Shown in pieces: positions 13,868 through 27,925 of a stretch of 64,000 bases of DNA; position 1 is the stretch's first letter, and each line of letters opens with the position of its first letter. The DNA is taken from NCBI GenBank assembly GCA_012295275.1, contig CM022675.1, positions 10,974,001 through 11,038,000 on the forward strand, given 5' to 3'. The DNA comes from Chrysomallon squamiferum (Eukaryota > Animalia > Mollusca). The position numbers and the translations under genes are program-made. The notes beneath the pieces were generated by a model, which was given only the letters and a program-made list of their open reading frames with translations, did not search any database and was not told the DNA's origin.

Positions 13868-13888
13868 CTATCTATCAATCTGTCTGTT

Positions 13889-13926
<38 letters not shown>

Positions 13927-14020
13927 TTATCTATCTATCTATATATCTGTCTGTTTATCTATCTGTCTATCTATCTATCTATCTATCTGTCTATCTATCT
14001 GTCTGTCTGTCTATCTATCT
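13868..14020. repeat. (ATCT/GTCT)n tetranucleotide microsatellite
   Basis: Directly visible. Confidence 0.9.
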
Positions 14021-15012
14021 GAACACTTATAAATTAATAAACGAATAAATTATTACGATTGTTACTGCTAAATTAACAACAACAACTACTGCTTTTGCTA
14101 CCTGTACTACAATAATTCCAAGAACTACTACTACTCCGACAATTACTATTCTTCTTCTTCTTCTTCTTCTTCATCTTATTATCATTATTATTATTATTAT
14201 TATTACTTTTTTATTCTATTTTCAGACAAATATCTTTTATTCACAATACAATTATAACAATAGTTTTTTCGTCTTTCTTTCCTTCATTTTATTTTATTTA
14301 TTTAGTTGTTTTTTTTTTTTTTTTTTTTTTTTTTTGTTGTTGTTGGGTTTTTTTTCGTGTTTTTTTTTTTGTTTTGTTTCGGTTTGTTAATGTATAGCGG
14401 CGAAATATATTTTTCAGTTTCGACATTTAGTGCAAACAAAAGAATTCGGCCACTAATCTCTTAAACTGCTAAGGGCCTGGGCATTTACGACGTCATAAAA
14501 GGGATGAACTTCGGATGCAAATTAACTTTTATTGACAGCGCCTGAACCCTCCGTGCTCTTTGCGTCCCCCCCGAATTTCAAAACACTCGGGTTGAATTCT
14601 TAATAAATAGGAAATTTGAGATGCGTTTAAAATGTAAACAGATATTAAAGACTTTAAATGCTGTCCCTACAAGAACTGCGAACATTAATTGCGACTTATA
14701 ATGCGAACTTAAAACAGCTCTATCATCAGGAAGTTTTGTTTTACGTGTTGGCTTCGATGTAAAAGTCTGAAGTATAAAATAAATCAATTAGTAATTTAGT
14801 GGTGATAAATAAAAATAATTCTTGTGAATGTGGAAAAAAGGTGCTGTTGAGAATTTTATCTTATAGTTACTGTTTTTTTTTTTTTTTTTTTTTTTTGTTT
14901 GGTTTTGTGTTGTTGTTTTTTTCATTTTTTTGTGTTTCCATTTTTAATTTAAGAAATAAATAAAGAAATTCATTAATTAATTAAAAACAATATAAAATCA
15001 AAGAACAATAAA

Positions 15013-15052
<40 letters not shown>

Positions 15053-15262
15053 TTAAGTTAAAACAATATGAAAAATTTTCATAATTATTTAAATTCATTG
15101 ATAATTACATTCATATATAAAAAAGTAATACATAAAATGAAATATAAAAATAAAAATAATAATAAAATAAACACTGTTTTAGTTTTGAACTGGGTTAAAT
15201 TTTTAATTAATGATTAACTTTTAAATAATTGTTAATTATGTTGTTAAAAATAATAATAATAA

Positions 15263-15300
<38 letters not shown>

Positions 15301-15616
15301 CAACAACAACAATAATAAATTTTAAATAATAATTTTGTTATGTTGATTCTTTAACGGTTCGCATTTTAAATAATTGTGAATTACATCTTTAATGTTTTTA
15401 ATTTCTTTTAGTCTTTATATGCACTATTAATGAAATTTAGAAAAAATAGTATTTTCATTTTTTATTATTATTTTTTTTCCTGTTAAATCTATTTAGTATC
15501 ATTATTTATTTAGTTATTTATGTTTATTTATTTATTTTATTATTAAATTTCTTTTGTGCCTGCTGTTTTAATACATTATTAATTAATTAAATAATGTTGA
15601 GGATAATAATAATAAA

Positions 15617-15654
<38 letters not shown>

Positions 15655-16040
15655 TTATAATACAAATGTAAACGGTTTCGATGGAGATACAGATACAAAC
15701 GCGACTGCCACATACATTATCATTTACGCATCAAAAATAAATAGCATTTGTTCTACATTCATGCACATATACATTTTCCAGAACTGTCCTTCAAAGTAAC
15801 ACTTACGTACATATATAAAGCGTAATGGATGAAAACTAGTTAAAAAAATAAAATAAAATAAAGATTAATATGAAAATGATATAGATCGAATGCTCAGTCA
15901 GTAATTTATTGGACAGAAATATGTTACATACATACATATATTTATATCTATGAATTACTGCAGTGTAAAGAAATCGTTATCTCTTGTCAATAATATCTGA
16001 TAAATAAATAAACAAATAAATAAAAAATAAATAAATAAGA

Positions 16041-16136
16041 GAAGAAGAAGAAGAAGAAGAAGAAGAAGAAGAAGAAGAAGAAGAAGAAGAAGAAGAAGAA
16101 GAAGAAGAAGAAGAAGAAGAAGAAGAAGATGAAGAA
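16041..16136. repeat. (GAA)n microsatellite
   Basis: Directly visible. Confidence 0.95.
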
Positions 16137-16357
16137 AAATAACGAGGAATTTAACAAACTAGAGAGTTTTTATACTACGAATACTATTACTACTATTACT
16201 ATGTTAAAATCTGCTTGTGTGTGTTTGTGTGTTTATGTATGCGTGGATGTATTATGTAGTTATGTACGAATGTATATTTTTATGTACAAAAGCTTTATTT
16301 ATTTATTTATTTTAAATTATTATTACTGTTATTATTATTATTATTATAATTTCATGT

Positions 16358-16470
<113 letters not shown>

Positions 16471-16684
16471 AATCGAAAGAGAAAGCTGGGAGATGAACAG
16501 ACAGCTTGCAAACGTAGGAAAAGGTGTAAAAATATTTAAATTTGCAGAGAGGCAGAAACACGCTTCACCACGTACAGTATGACGTCGTCGTTTTGTGATC
16601 AGTATCAGGCTGGAAATTAACACCTGACGTCTAAGTGGTGTTGTCGACGTGGTGTTGATCGGAGAGGTCGCTTTTGTGTGTTAC

Positions 16685-16722
<38 letters not shown>

Positions 16723-16796
16723 GGTTTATTATTATTGTCATTATGTTATCTGTTTCAGATGGTGTTTACAAGGAAATACGTTCGTAGCGGAAGTGA

Positions 16797-16829
<33 letters not shown>

Positions 16830-17513
16830 CACTACTACTACAACTACCACTACTACTACAACTACCACCACTACTGCTGCAAGCTGTTACACTACTCCTT
16901 CTTCTGTTGTTACTGTTTCAACTACAACCAACAAAACAACCACTTACTGCCACCATTACCACTAAAACAACTACGACTACTACTTCTTCTATTACTATAA
17001 CAGCATCTGCTACTGTTAACAACTTCTGTTAGAACAACAACTACGACTACTACTACTGCTTATTATCTTTTTTAAAGCCATTTTGCTCCTATGCATATAT
17101 AATAATTATAGTTGCATTAAATAGTGAAATAATTGTTAGAAATGATTATTAAATGAAACAGCTATTTTCAGAATTACAACGTCTAGGATCGTGTTTACTA
17201 TTAAACTTTTTGTTCTGTTCTAAACTACAATATTATATTATTTAGTCATAAGTCTGTGTCAGTGTATTTATGCAGCATTCGAGAAGTATAATATTTCTGA
17301 TCAATGCGATAGCGTATGTTCATATGCATTTGTGTATGGAAGTATGATGCGCTTCGTTAATTTATGAAATTCGAGTACGAATTTTTTCCCTGCATTTTAT
17401 GCATGAGCATGTGTGTGCGTGGTCGAAAAAAGCTTTGTACGTGATCGTTATGTTTCGATCGTCATATCAATCGTATATTATTGTTTATCAGTATGTATGT
17501 GTATATATTTCAA

Positions 17514-17544
<31 letters not shown>

Positions 17545-17610
17545 TGCACACATACATACATACATACATACATACACACACACACATACATACATACATA
17601 AATACATACA

Positions 17611-17642
<32 letters not shown>

Positions 17643-17715
17643 CATACACATACATACATACATACATACATACATACATACATACAGACATACATACATA
17701 CACACATACATACAT
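17514..17715. repeat. (TA)n/(TACA)n compound microsatellite
   Basis: Directly visible. Confidence 0.9.
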
Positions 17716-19336
17716 ATTACATACTCACACATACGTATGCTCGCTCGTGCACGCACACACACCCACACACATATTATATATATATATATTGATAAATATT
17801 AATAGAGACTAGATGAAACAGAACCCAGTTATGGATATTCTATTATCATGCAGTCACACTGATAACTGGGTTTCGTGTGACTAACGAGCTGGACTGTCAC
17901 ACGAACAACTCGCAGCTCGCTTGACTGAGGGAGCGTCGAGGTACAACAATCTAATCAGGAGCTTCCATCTATTCCTAGCACCACCGAAACGTGTCCGAAC
18001 CACCCATGCGGAACCCAAAACAGACAGACGGACAAAGAGCAGAAGAATAAGCGAAATACGGTAAAATAAAATAAAATAAATAAATAAATAATTTTTAAAA
18101 AATTATGGAAGATAAGAGCACTGTGACAGTCGTCAGGTTTTTTTGTTGTTTTTTTTTTTTTTTTTTTCTTGTACAAATGACGTGCTAAATATTTCACGGG
18201 ACGCAGTATGGGGTGGATGTCTGTTTCCTCTTCTGTCTGTTGCGTTTCGTGTGGACATATCTTTCCAGCCCGCCTGTTGTTTCTTTCATTAGCGCGCACG
18301 GCGCTGAAAACACCACTTCCCATATTCGACTCCGTCACGGGCGAGAGATGAAACGAAACCCGCTCCGGTTCTGCTTGACCCGTCACCAAGCGAAGCGTGT
18401 CGCCCTTTCCCGCCCTCCACACCCCTCGCGCTGAAATAAAAAAAAAAAAAAAAATCATAAAGAGGGGTGAATTACTGTCCCATGCTGTAACAGAGTAAAT
18501 CTTCCTCCCCCTTTTTTTTTTTTCTTATTTCAAAGGAGACCTGCAATTAAGGAATTGACTCAAATGGTGTAAAAAGCCTTGTAAACGTTTCGCAATCTCT
18601 TTCTGCTAGGTGTCGGCATCTTAATTTCAAGGCCCAGGCAGAAAGCAGCGAGTCTCAAAACGTCCGTCGTTTTCATTTATCTTTGATTAATTGACTTGCT
18701 TGTCACCCGAAATGGGCCGCAATTAATCAATCGCGGTTTTTTTTTAAATCTTCGTTAGCGGGTTCCTCCGCGGCTTTGGGGGACGGGCGCGCTGCCAGCC
18801 TTCCCCCTCGTTAGCGGCATCTTTGTCCCCTCCGTCCCCCCTGTAATTCGCTAAGCACGTGCAAATCTCCCGGGGATCAGCGACACAGACAATCAAAGAG
18901 GTTTTCCGAACGTTACCGACGCAAACATAACGCAAACATTATCCCAAAGAATGTTGGTCGTAATGTATGTGCATTTTTCCGCTAAGCTACATTTCTATAG
19001 GCTTTCAGTTACTGTAATTATCTCTGTACCATACTGGTGTGCAATTCCTCATATATTTCTTTACATGTATCTGCTGCTACTGCTACTGCTACTTCTACTA
19101 CTACTACTACTACTGCTGCTACATAAATTCATGCAAACATACAAACATATGTACATACATACATACATAAAAACATAGAAGTCACATAATTATTATAAGA
19201 AGGTAGCGTATGGTTTGCTCATTATGCTGACCATTTGGTTTATACCGGTTAATTAGATTAATTAATTTTCCATAATGTATGAAAATCCCCATAATATGTG
19301 TTATTCCTAGTATAGTATTACCGTGGTTACTGAATA

Positions 19337-19390
<54 letters not shown>

Positions 19391-19809
19391 ATATATATAT
19401 GTATATATACATATGACACATAACATTTAGATGTAACTCTTTGAAACGTGTTATTTTAGTCAGATAAAATATAATATGAAAAGAAATTTAGAGGAATTAA
19501 ATTTGATATTTTCTTGTGTATTTATTTGTTTTGCTTCATATTTCTTTCTCTCCTTTTATTTCTTCTTCTTTTTTCTTCTTTAGCTTTTTTATTTTTGTTG
19601 CATTCATTGTTTTCTTGTTTGGTTTCTTTTCTTTCATTCATTCGTTTCTTTCTGTTTTTCTTTTCTTCGTACTGTCTATGATTCTTATAATATTTTTATT
19701 TTTATTTTCTGCGTATGATTGTATCACAAATCCGTAAATTTTATTCATTTAAATACACATTTTGGTGAAGAGATTTGAAGAAAATAACAGAGAAAATACA
19801 CACACACAA

Positions 19810-19848
<39 letters not shown>

Positions 19849-20099
19849 ATACAAAAACAAAAATAAAGAACAACAAAACAAAATAACAAAAACTACAATA
19901 CAATAAAACTGTATTTATTCGTGAACATTTTTATTTATTTCTTTCTTTCGTTCTTTCTTCGTCGCTCGATTTCAATCTTTTTCGTAACATGATTATGCCG
20001 ACAAACGATTTATTTTGATTGATGTTGAATACACTCCCTAGCGAAAAAATTCGAACGACGAGAGAGAGAGAAAGAGAAAAAAAACTCTTCGGTTTCATT

Positions 20100-20960
20100 C
20101 AGTTCTCAATGAAATGGATATCGATACCATCAGACAAAGACGATAGCGGAGACGTCACGGTTGAATGAACAAGTCGAATATATTCATGGACCGCTTCGCT
20201 GAAAACATAACAGTACATGTCCGAACATGTTCTGGACCTCAAAGACGTGAAATAGACCCAGCATGTTTTTTAACTATCAAATCATTGCAGCGACATTGTT
20301 GTCAATTCTTTCTTTATTTTTTTTTGTTCTCGCTCTCTCTGTCTCTCTCTTTCCCCTTGTACCTTCTTCGAATCTTTTATTCCTTTGATACTCTGAACAC
20401 ACGCACACGAAAGAACTAAAGGCGGCGGCGGAATGCGTGAGGTCAATTTGCATCCATTTCACACAAATGGCCAGTCGAACACGCTTATCAATTTACAATT
20501 TTTCAAATCGACAATTTCGTTTTGTTTCGTACCACTAATGTTTATTTCATTACCTGTTGGCGTTTTTCCCCACAAACACGTCGCCGGGGCCAAAGGGAGG
20601 CTCGGCCCATTAGCGATTCTGTCATTGTAACCGACATGTTAACATCAAAGACGGGATTCATGTAACTCGCTGTCCGGACTTCAAAGCCGCGCATTGTCCG
20701 AAAGCCGACACGACAAGCGGTGCATGGCGGCTTTTACAAGCCCGATCCGGTCCGTGTTCGGGATGTCTCCGCTGGTCCGTGGCCCGGTTAGTGTTAAGCC
20801 ACGAGGACGTGCATAATGATGTGACCGTTCTGAGTTATTTCCCTTGGGGATCGTTAGGTCGCCATTTTTGGCCCACCTGATGGTTTTTGTTGTTTTTAAT
20901 CTTGCTTTCGTGTTTACGGCTAAAACAAAGGTTCAAGGTCTGAGTGTTGGGTGGGGTGCG
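20100..20960. promoter_or_regulatory. CpG-rich unique-sequence island, candidate enhancer or Polycomb element
   Basis: High CpG density relative to the flanks; TCF site ACATCAAAG (20642-20650); YY1/PHO site CGCCATTTT (20860-20868). Confidence 0.4.
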
Positions 20961-23010
20961 TGGTCCAGAAGGTTTACATATTGGGCGGGTTAATGATCAG
21001 ACAAAACATGATGTCACCTCCGTAATCTGTTAAGACTCAAAAGGTATTGGGATCAAACCCTAACAGATTTTGTCAGTAATAAAGTTTATAGTTATGAATG
21101 CTTAAATTACTGACTGTCAGTAACATTGCTTAAAATTTTCTTTTACAAATTTATCTTTTTCCAAGTAGCAGACTTCTAGCTTTACTGTCTCATTTGTTTT
21201 CTTTATCCTAAGATGGTTTCTAGCTCAACGTATTACACAACAACGGTTATTAACACAACAACAACTACAACAACAAAAACTACAACATTAACAACTACAA
21301 CAACTTCAACAAAAATAAACATCAAAAAAGTTTACTTTTAAAAGATTCATCCATTTCGGAAAACAGACATTTTTTCCAGAAATATTAACACCAGCAGGTT
21401 TGATCATAACTTGGAAATCGAGCTGCATCATTTTGTTCTGTGAAGAGTTTACACGATCTGTCCTGTTTTGCGAGTATTTTGAACTATTTTCTAATTAAGC
21501 AAAAGCCAGGTTCGTTTGAATGGGAAACATATGGGGAAATCGGATTTACAAAATCTCTTTCTTGTAACCTGACTGCCGCTGGTTTTATAAGCCTAGTATT
21601 AGATAACAATGCGATCATGAATCCAAATAATCATTATTTGGGGGGGGGGGGAATAAGTGTATTCAGTTCATTCATTTGTTCATCATTTATTTCGTTCCTT
21701 CTTTCACTTGTTAATTCGTACGTTCGCTTGTTCGTTTATTCATATTTTTATTATTTATTTATATATTATTCTCTCGTGTTTCAGTCGCTTTATTTGTTTA
21801 TCCATTAGTGTTATTCACCTGTTTGTCTATTTGTACCTAAAACTTACATCAGTCACTGTTTATTCATTATCGTTATTTCATAAAGGCAATTTTAAGGTGT
21901 TGTGAACTTTTAGTCAGCTTCGCGTCTTGTTCTGAAACTCTTTACTGATCACTATGCCCGTGTTTTATCGCATTTTTTTTTAGACGGTATTTTTGGTTTT
22001 TATTTTTAAACTTTCTCTTTCAGTTTTAACGCTCTAATACCAAACACAAACTCATCTACCAAAAAAAAAAAAAAATGTCCCGGCCCGCGATCTCGCATTA
22101 ATTAAATTTACAAATCTCCGTGATTAACAAACAAAGCTGTTTTCGCATCACAGAGCTATCCCCCACACACACACACACACACACACAAAAAAAAAAAAAA
22201 AAATGAAATATTATTTTTAACAGTATCGCGGATAAGTTGACGACCTCATAAAACGCGCACCAATTAATGACTGGCCCGGACTAAAACAACACAGGGCACA
22301 GACAAACTGGTGCCTGATGGCGGTGGGGAGCTGCGAACGAAACCATCTTTCCAATAACCATTTTCCGAAATAAACAGCCAGCTTCTGGTCGACCGGACTT
22401 CCGACAAATTGGATAATGTTCTTGGATCAGGATGGAACATTATCGAGCGAAAGTCGCGTTCAAAGGAAGCTAGCGACGATTATAATCAGTTTTTACAGCC
22501 ACCAATATTCGTGCCGTAACAGCCGCTGCGGGTCGTTATGTAGGGTTTCTCTCGATTATGGAAGACGAAAAGGAAACAAAAGGAAAAGATGTAATCTTGT
22601 ACTAATTCAATCAGGCCTGGGTGTTAAATAGCTGGTTCCTAATATGACGGGCGGTTTTTTTTTTTTTGTTTTTTTTGGTTTTGTTTTTCCTTATTTTGAA
22701 ATTAAAGGTTTGCGATTTGATGTGCGATTTTTTTTTTTTTTTTTGCCGTAATTTTCTGATCACCTTTGCTGTTGTTGGGAAAGATGGAACGAAGTTTCAA
22801 GATCCAATGTCGTTTTTTTATTTTTTTTTTTTAAGGAAAATAAGTTTAAATTTTTATTATTAAAATCTATGTTTTTATTTACATAACGATTACTGCTTTC
22901 ATATTTTGTTTTATGCGTACACAGAAAATTTGTGAGGATTTTAGTGAGAAGAACGTCTGCCTCTGACTTCTGATTTTCGTTTAGTCATACTGATGTTTTA
23001 TTATTATTAT

Positions 23011-23093
<83 letters not shown>

Positions 23094-24821
23094 GTCTGTC
23101 TGTCTGTCTGGTGTTGTTATGCTACTGACGTAAAAACTCAACAGTTTTCCCATTTTACTGAGGTCACCTCGATTTCGACCTTGCCAAGAGAACCAGCAGT
23201 CTCCGAGGGAGAACGGGGGGTATCATCTTGTAGCGATTTTAATTCCTGACCTCTTACAACCTCTTACACTAATCCCTTTTGATCCGACGTCACTTGTTTC
23301 GGGTCACGTGGCAGTCATGTATCTTCCTCACTCGAAATTCGTCCAATGCGTAAACCGCTCGGACATAAAAGTCACGGTGTAACGTCAAATACACAAACTC
23401 GCCATTTCAACGCGGTATTATCGGATTAACGCGTGAATGTTTAACAGCTGGTTATGATATATGTCATATATTACACGCTGCTGTGGTTAAATATGTTATA
23501 TTTTTCGTGTGCATGGGTAATGGGCATGAATATGTATTTTGAAATGTCATCATTAATTCTTCTAGTTTAGATTGTTTTATTAGGGGATGGCTTATTTTTG
23601 TTGTTTGAATATACTGACTTTTTTTTTTTTTTTTTTTTTGTTTTTTTTGTTTTTTTTTTTTTACTATCATTATTTATTTTTTTAAATTGTTATTATTCTT
23701 AATGAAATATGGGGGACAAATGTAAAAAAATAAAATGAAAATGTCGAAACCTTTTTTTCTGTTGTTGTTGTCCTCGTGTCAGTTATTCTTATTGTTGTTG
23801 TTGTTGTTGTTGTTGTTGATGCTAGTGATGGTGATAGTAATAATAACAGTAATCAGTAATAGTTATGGCAATAATAATTTATCAGATTATTAGAGAAATC
23901 TCTTACAAATGTTATTTTATTTATTTATTTATTCTTTAATTGCTACTTAACTTATTTTTTAATCTTTATTATTACTATTATTTATTTATTTTATTTTATT
24001 TCATTTTATTTTAATTATTTTATTTTTTGTTATTTAATTTTATTTTATTTTAATTATTTTATTTTTTGTTATTTAATTTTATTATATTTTATTATTATTA
24101 TTATTTTTTTTTTTTAAAACAACCGTACCGTTGAAATCTCTCCGTACCTTTTCTCAACGTCCTAAACCAACATGCGAATCTTTCCTGATTCGGAAAAAAA
24201 AAAAAAAAAAAAAATCTTTTCAAACAGTACGCTTTACATTTTCTTCCAGAAGAACGTCAGCAGCAGCATCTTCTGTCATTCCTGACATTCTGAGACAGCT
24301 CGACTCTCACTGCCTCCCCGTTTAGTAAACACATCAACCGCCACGATATTCCTTGTTTATGTCTCTCGTGCTCTGAAAGTATGTCCGCCATTTGTTTTCG
24401 TATTGTGCACCACTCAACCATAAATTGCCAGCGAACACAGACACCACATTCTCATCTGTATGGAAGCAACATGTTCCAGAGCTAAAGGCGACGCTTCCAT
24501 TGTTTTTCGTATTTGGTACGAAGGTGAAATATTCGTTTTACCAGTGGTGGTGAAATATTTGTAGGTGACGTGACAAAGAGACTGCTCACGTGAGTAAACG
24601 TGAACTTTTTAAATGGGATTTTCAGATGGTTGTAATTCTGTTGGGATTTTTTTGGGGGTTTTTTTTTTTTGAGTGGGGATACGTTTAGGGTGGGGCTGGG
24701 TGTGTGTGTGTGTGTGTGGTAATGGTGGGTAGTAGAACATGTGCGTACGCGTTCGTGCGTTATACAGTATTGTTAACATGGCAAAGAAAAGACTGATAGA
24801 TACTTGAACAGATAGGGATGG

Positions 24822-24904
<83 letters not shown>

Positions 24905-25103
24905 AAAAGATTGAACATAAGAGAAAAAGAGAGAGAAACACACATAAAGAGTTTAATTAATAAATTTTAATCTTTCAAATAAAGGTGACATGTACTATTT
25001 TAAAATTTCAACTGATTTATAATATATATGATGAAATTAGAAATACCATTCATACATGTAAAATATCTTATAAACATCAAACAATGAATAAATGAATGAA
25101 TGA

Positions 25104-25134
<31 letters not shown>

Positions 25135-25698
25135 GTATCTTATGGTTGTAAGCAACTGGAGTTTATATATTACTAGAGATAACAGATTTTTATCAAATGA
25201 AAGGCTTTCACAATTCTACTTCTTCTACTACTACTACTACTACTACTACTGCTATTAGTAATACTATTACCACCATCGCAACATCACTACTACTACTGTT
25301 ACAATTACTTCTACTACTACTACAGCTATTAATGCTTATTTATACCATAACTACGACTACTACTGCTACTAATATTACTAGAGTATGCGTATGTGTGTGT
25401 ATGAGTGTGTGTGTGTGTGTGTGCGTGTGTATATGTATGCAGGCGTGCGCGAGTCCGAATGAAACAATAACAAAACAAAAGAGATAAAGACAAATTTAAT
25501 GATAGCGATACATACAAACTCAGTTTAAAAAAAATATATATATATAAACATATACAAAATAAAAAATCAAACACGATCGTTCAAGCTATAACTTTATTCC
25601 TGTTTTTTACTACACGAAATTTCAGTGTTGAATGACTCAAGTACGTGATCAATTAATGATTATCACAATTAGAAAAAAAAAAAAAAAAAAAAAAAAAA

Positions 25699-25778
25699 CA
25701 TACGTCAGAGGAATCGAACCCTAGACCTACCATCTACCAGCGTTAACAAAATGAAATATCCGCTGCGCCTTTAAGTGT
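25699..25778 (-). mobile_element. Degenerate tRNA-related Pol III cassette (SINE head or tRNA pseudogene fragment)
   Basis: On the minus strand: A-box-like AGGCGCAGCGGA (25770-25759), B-box GGGTTCGATTCC (25721-25710), then a long T run. No convincing cloverleaf. Confidence 0.4.
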
Positions 25779-26174
25779 GTTCGGAGTGTGAACCGCTCTC
25801 CTTATGCTTTCATTCGTCTCGCCTGTAAGCAACGGAGGCGTGAATATGTATATATAAGTCGTCACCGATGTTGTCGTAATATGACAGTTTTACGACACCT
25901 TGCCATAAAATGTTCTGCCAACTTCCGCCTGAAGGCGCGCGCTAGACTAGCAACAGCACGTTCGTTGGCATGACGTTGACGTTGACACGTCGTTTCTGGA
26001 GGAAAATTTCACGAAAAACTCGACGTTTACTAATCCAGCGAAACGGTATGCCTGAAATGATAACAATAAAGTCCTTCCTTTATGTGTGTACTTGTTATAA
26101 ATGTGTGTGGATTCTACAGCATCACGCTCAAGTTTTCTACTGTACCTGTGTACGTATGTGCGTGTCTCTCTCTC

Positions 26175-26208
<34 letters not shown>

Positions 26209-26455
26209 TGTGTGTGTGTGAAAAATACATAATTTTAAAGATATAAAAAAATAAGGCGTTCTCAAATTTTTGTATGTCATGGTTAGTATTATTACCTAAA
26301 AAGTTTTCAACAGAATAATTTTTTGGCTATAAGATTTTTCTACAACTACATTCCTGTTGACGATGATGGAAATTTTATCACTGTACTGAAGCTGTTAAAA
26401 CAACACCATAAGTAGTACCAATGCTTCTACATAATACCTACATGTATATAGAGAA

Positions 26456-26559
<104 letters not shown>

Positions 26560-26699
26560 AAAAAATAAAAATAAAAATTCATTAGTTCTGTCTTGTTTGA
26601 TACTCTCGGCAATAAAAAACAAAAAACAAACGCTACTTTATAACACAAACGTTTACTGTTGTTGTTGTTGTTGTTTTTCTTTACTAAAAAAAAAAAAAA

Positions 26700-27340
26700 A
26701 TGACTGATGGTCGGTCGCCTAAAACCCTTAAGTCTTGCAGACACATTAAAACGGGTTTGACCACAGCACCGCGTACATCGTCTGTGTCCACGGGTTTATT
26801 ACGACTGAACTTTTCTTACTTTACGACGTCTACACTTCTTTTCGCCAACGGCTTAGCCACGCCGCGGGACACTGTCTGGTTGCTATGGCAATGAACCTTC
26901 CGGACACGAAGATACATTGTCAGTTGATGCAATTATGTCCCATCATTCCTCCGAGGATGGCCGGAGCTCCCGTTAGATTGTTAAAGAAGAAGAAGAAAAA
27001 AAAAAAAAAGATTCTGTCGTCGGTAAATAAGGCTGTTCCTTCGGGCAAACTGCAATTGTTTTATTGCCTTCTAATTGGCCGGTGACATTGTCATTTTGTA
27101 GTTGATTAATTTCCACCAGGAAATTGGGAGGACTGAAGCAGATGGTTTTGTTGACCGTGCTTGGAGGTAATTCGCTGCAGAATTGCGACGTCATCTTCGA
27201 GTTTATTATTGTTGTTCAGGAATCTGATTTAAGACAATGGTGTGACGTCGTTTCTCAGCAAGTTGTCCCGGTTTCCATAGCAACTGCAATTTTAGAAAAA
27301 AAAACAAAGACGTGACGATGATTGCACTTATGATGACGTT
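26700..27340. promoter_or_regulatory. CpG-rich island with two RFX X-boxes, CRE-like sites and a CCAAT box
   Basis: GTTGCTATGGCAAT (26879-26892), GTTTCCATAGCAAC (27271-27284), CGACGTCA (about 27186), TGACGTCG (27243) and ATTGG (27074). Confidence 0.5.
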
Positions 27341-27559
27341 ATATTTCTTTTCACAAATTAATTTACCCTTACTTCAACTATTGTAATTACGTATAAGTTA
27401 TGTTCCCTCAACGAATAATCAAGATAAAATTCAAAAGACCTGAAACGTTATTTTTACAAAGACTTTACACGTTTAGAAATACATAGAAGGATAAGCAGAT
27501 GAATGAACGAATGAATGAATGAATGAATTAATAAAATAATGGATGAATTATATCTATAA

Positions 27560-27604
<45 letters not shown>

Positions 27605-27784
27605 TATATATACATACAGACAGAGAAAGAGAAAGTTATAGATATAATTCATTCATTCGTTAATTCATCTACCCATGCATCTGTATGTCTGTCTATCTGT
27701 ATATCTATCTATCTGTCTATCTGTCTATCTATCTATCTATCTATCTATCTATACAGATGCACACATATGCATACAGGTACATAC

Positions 27785-27884
<100 letters not shown>

Positions 27885-27894
27885 CTATACACAT

Positions 27895-27925
<31 letters not shown>

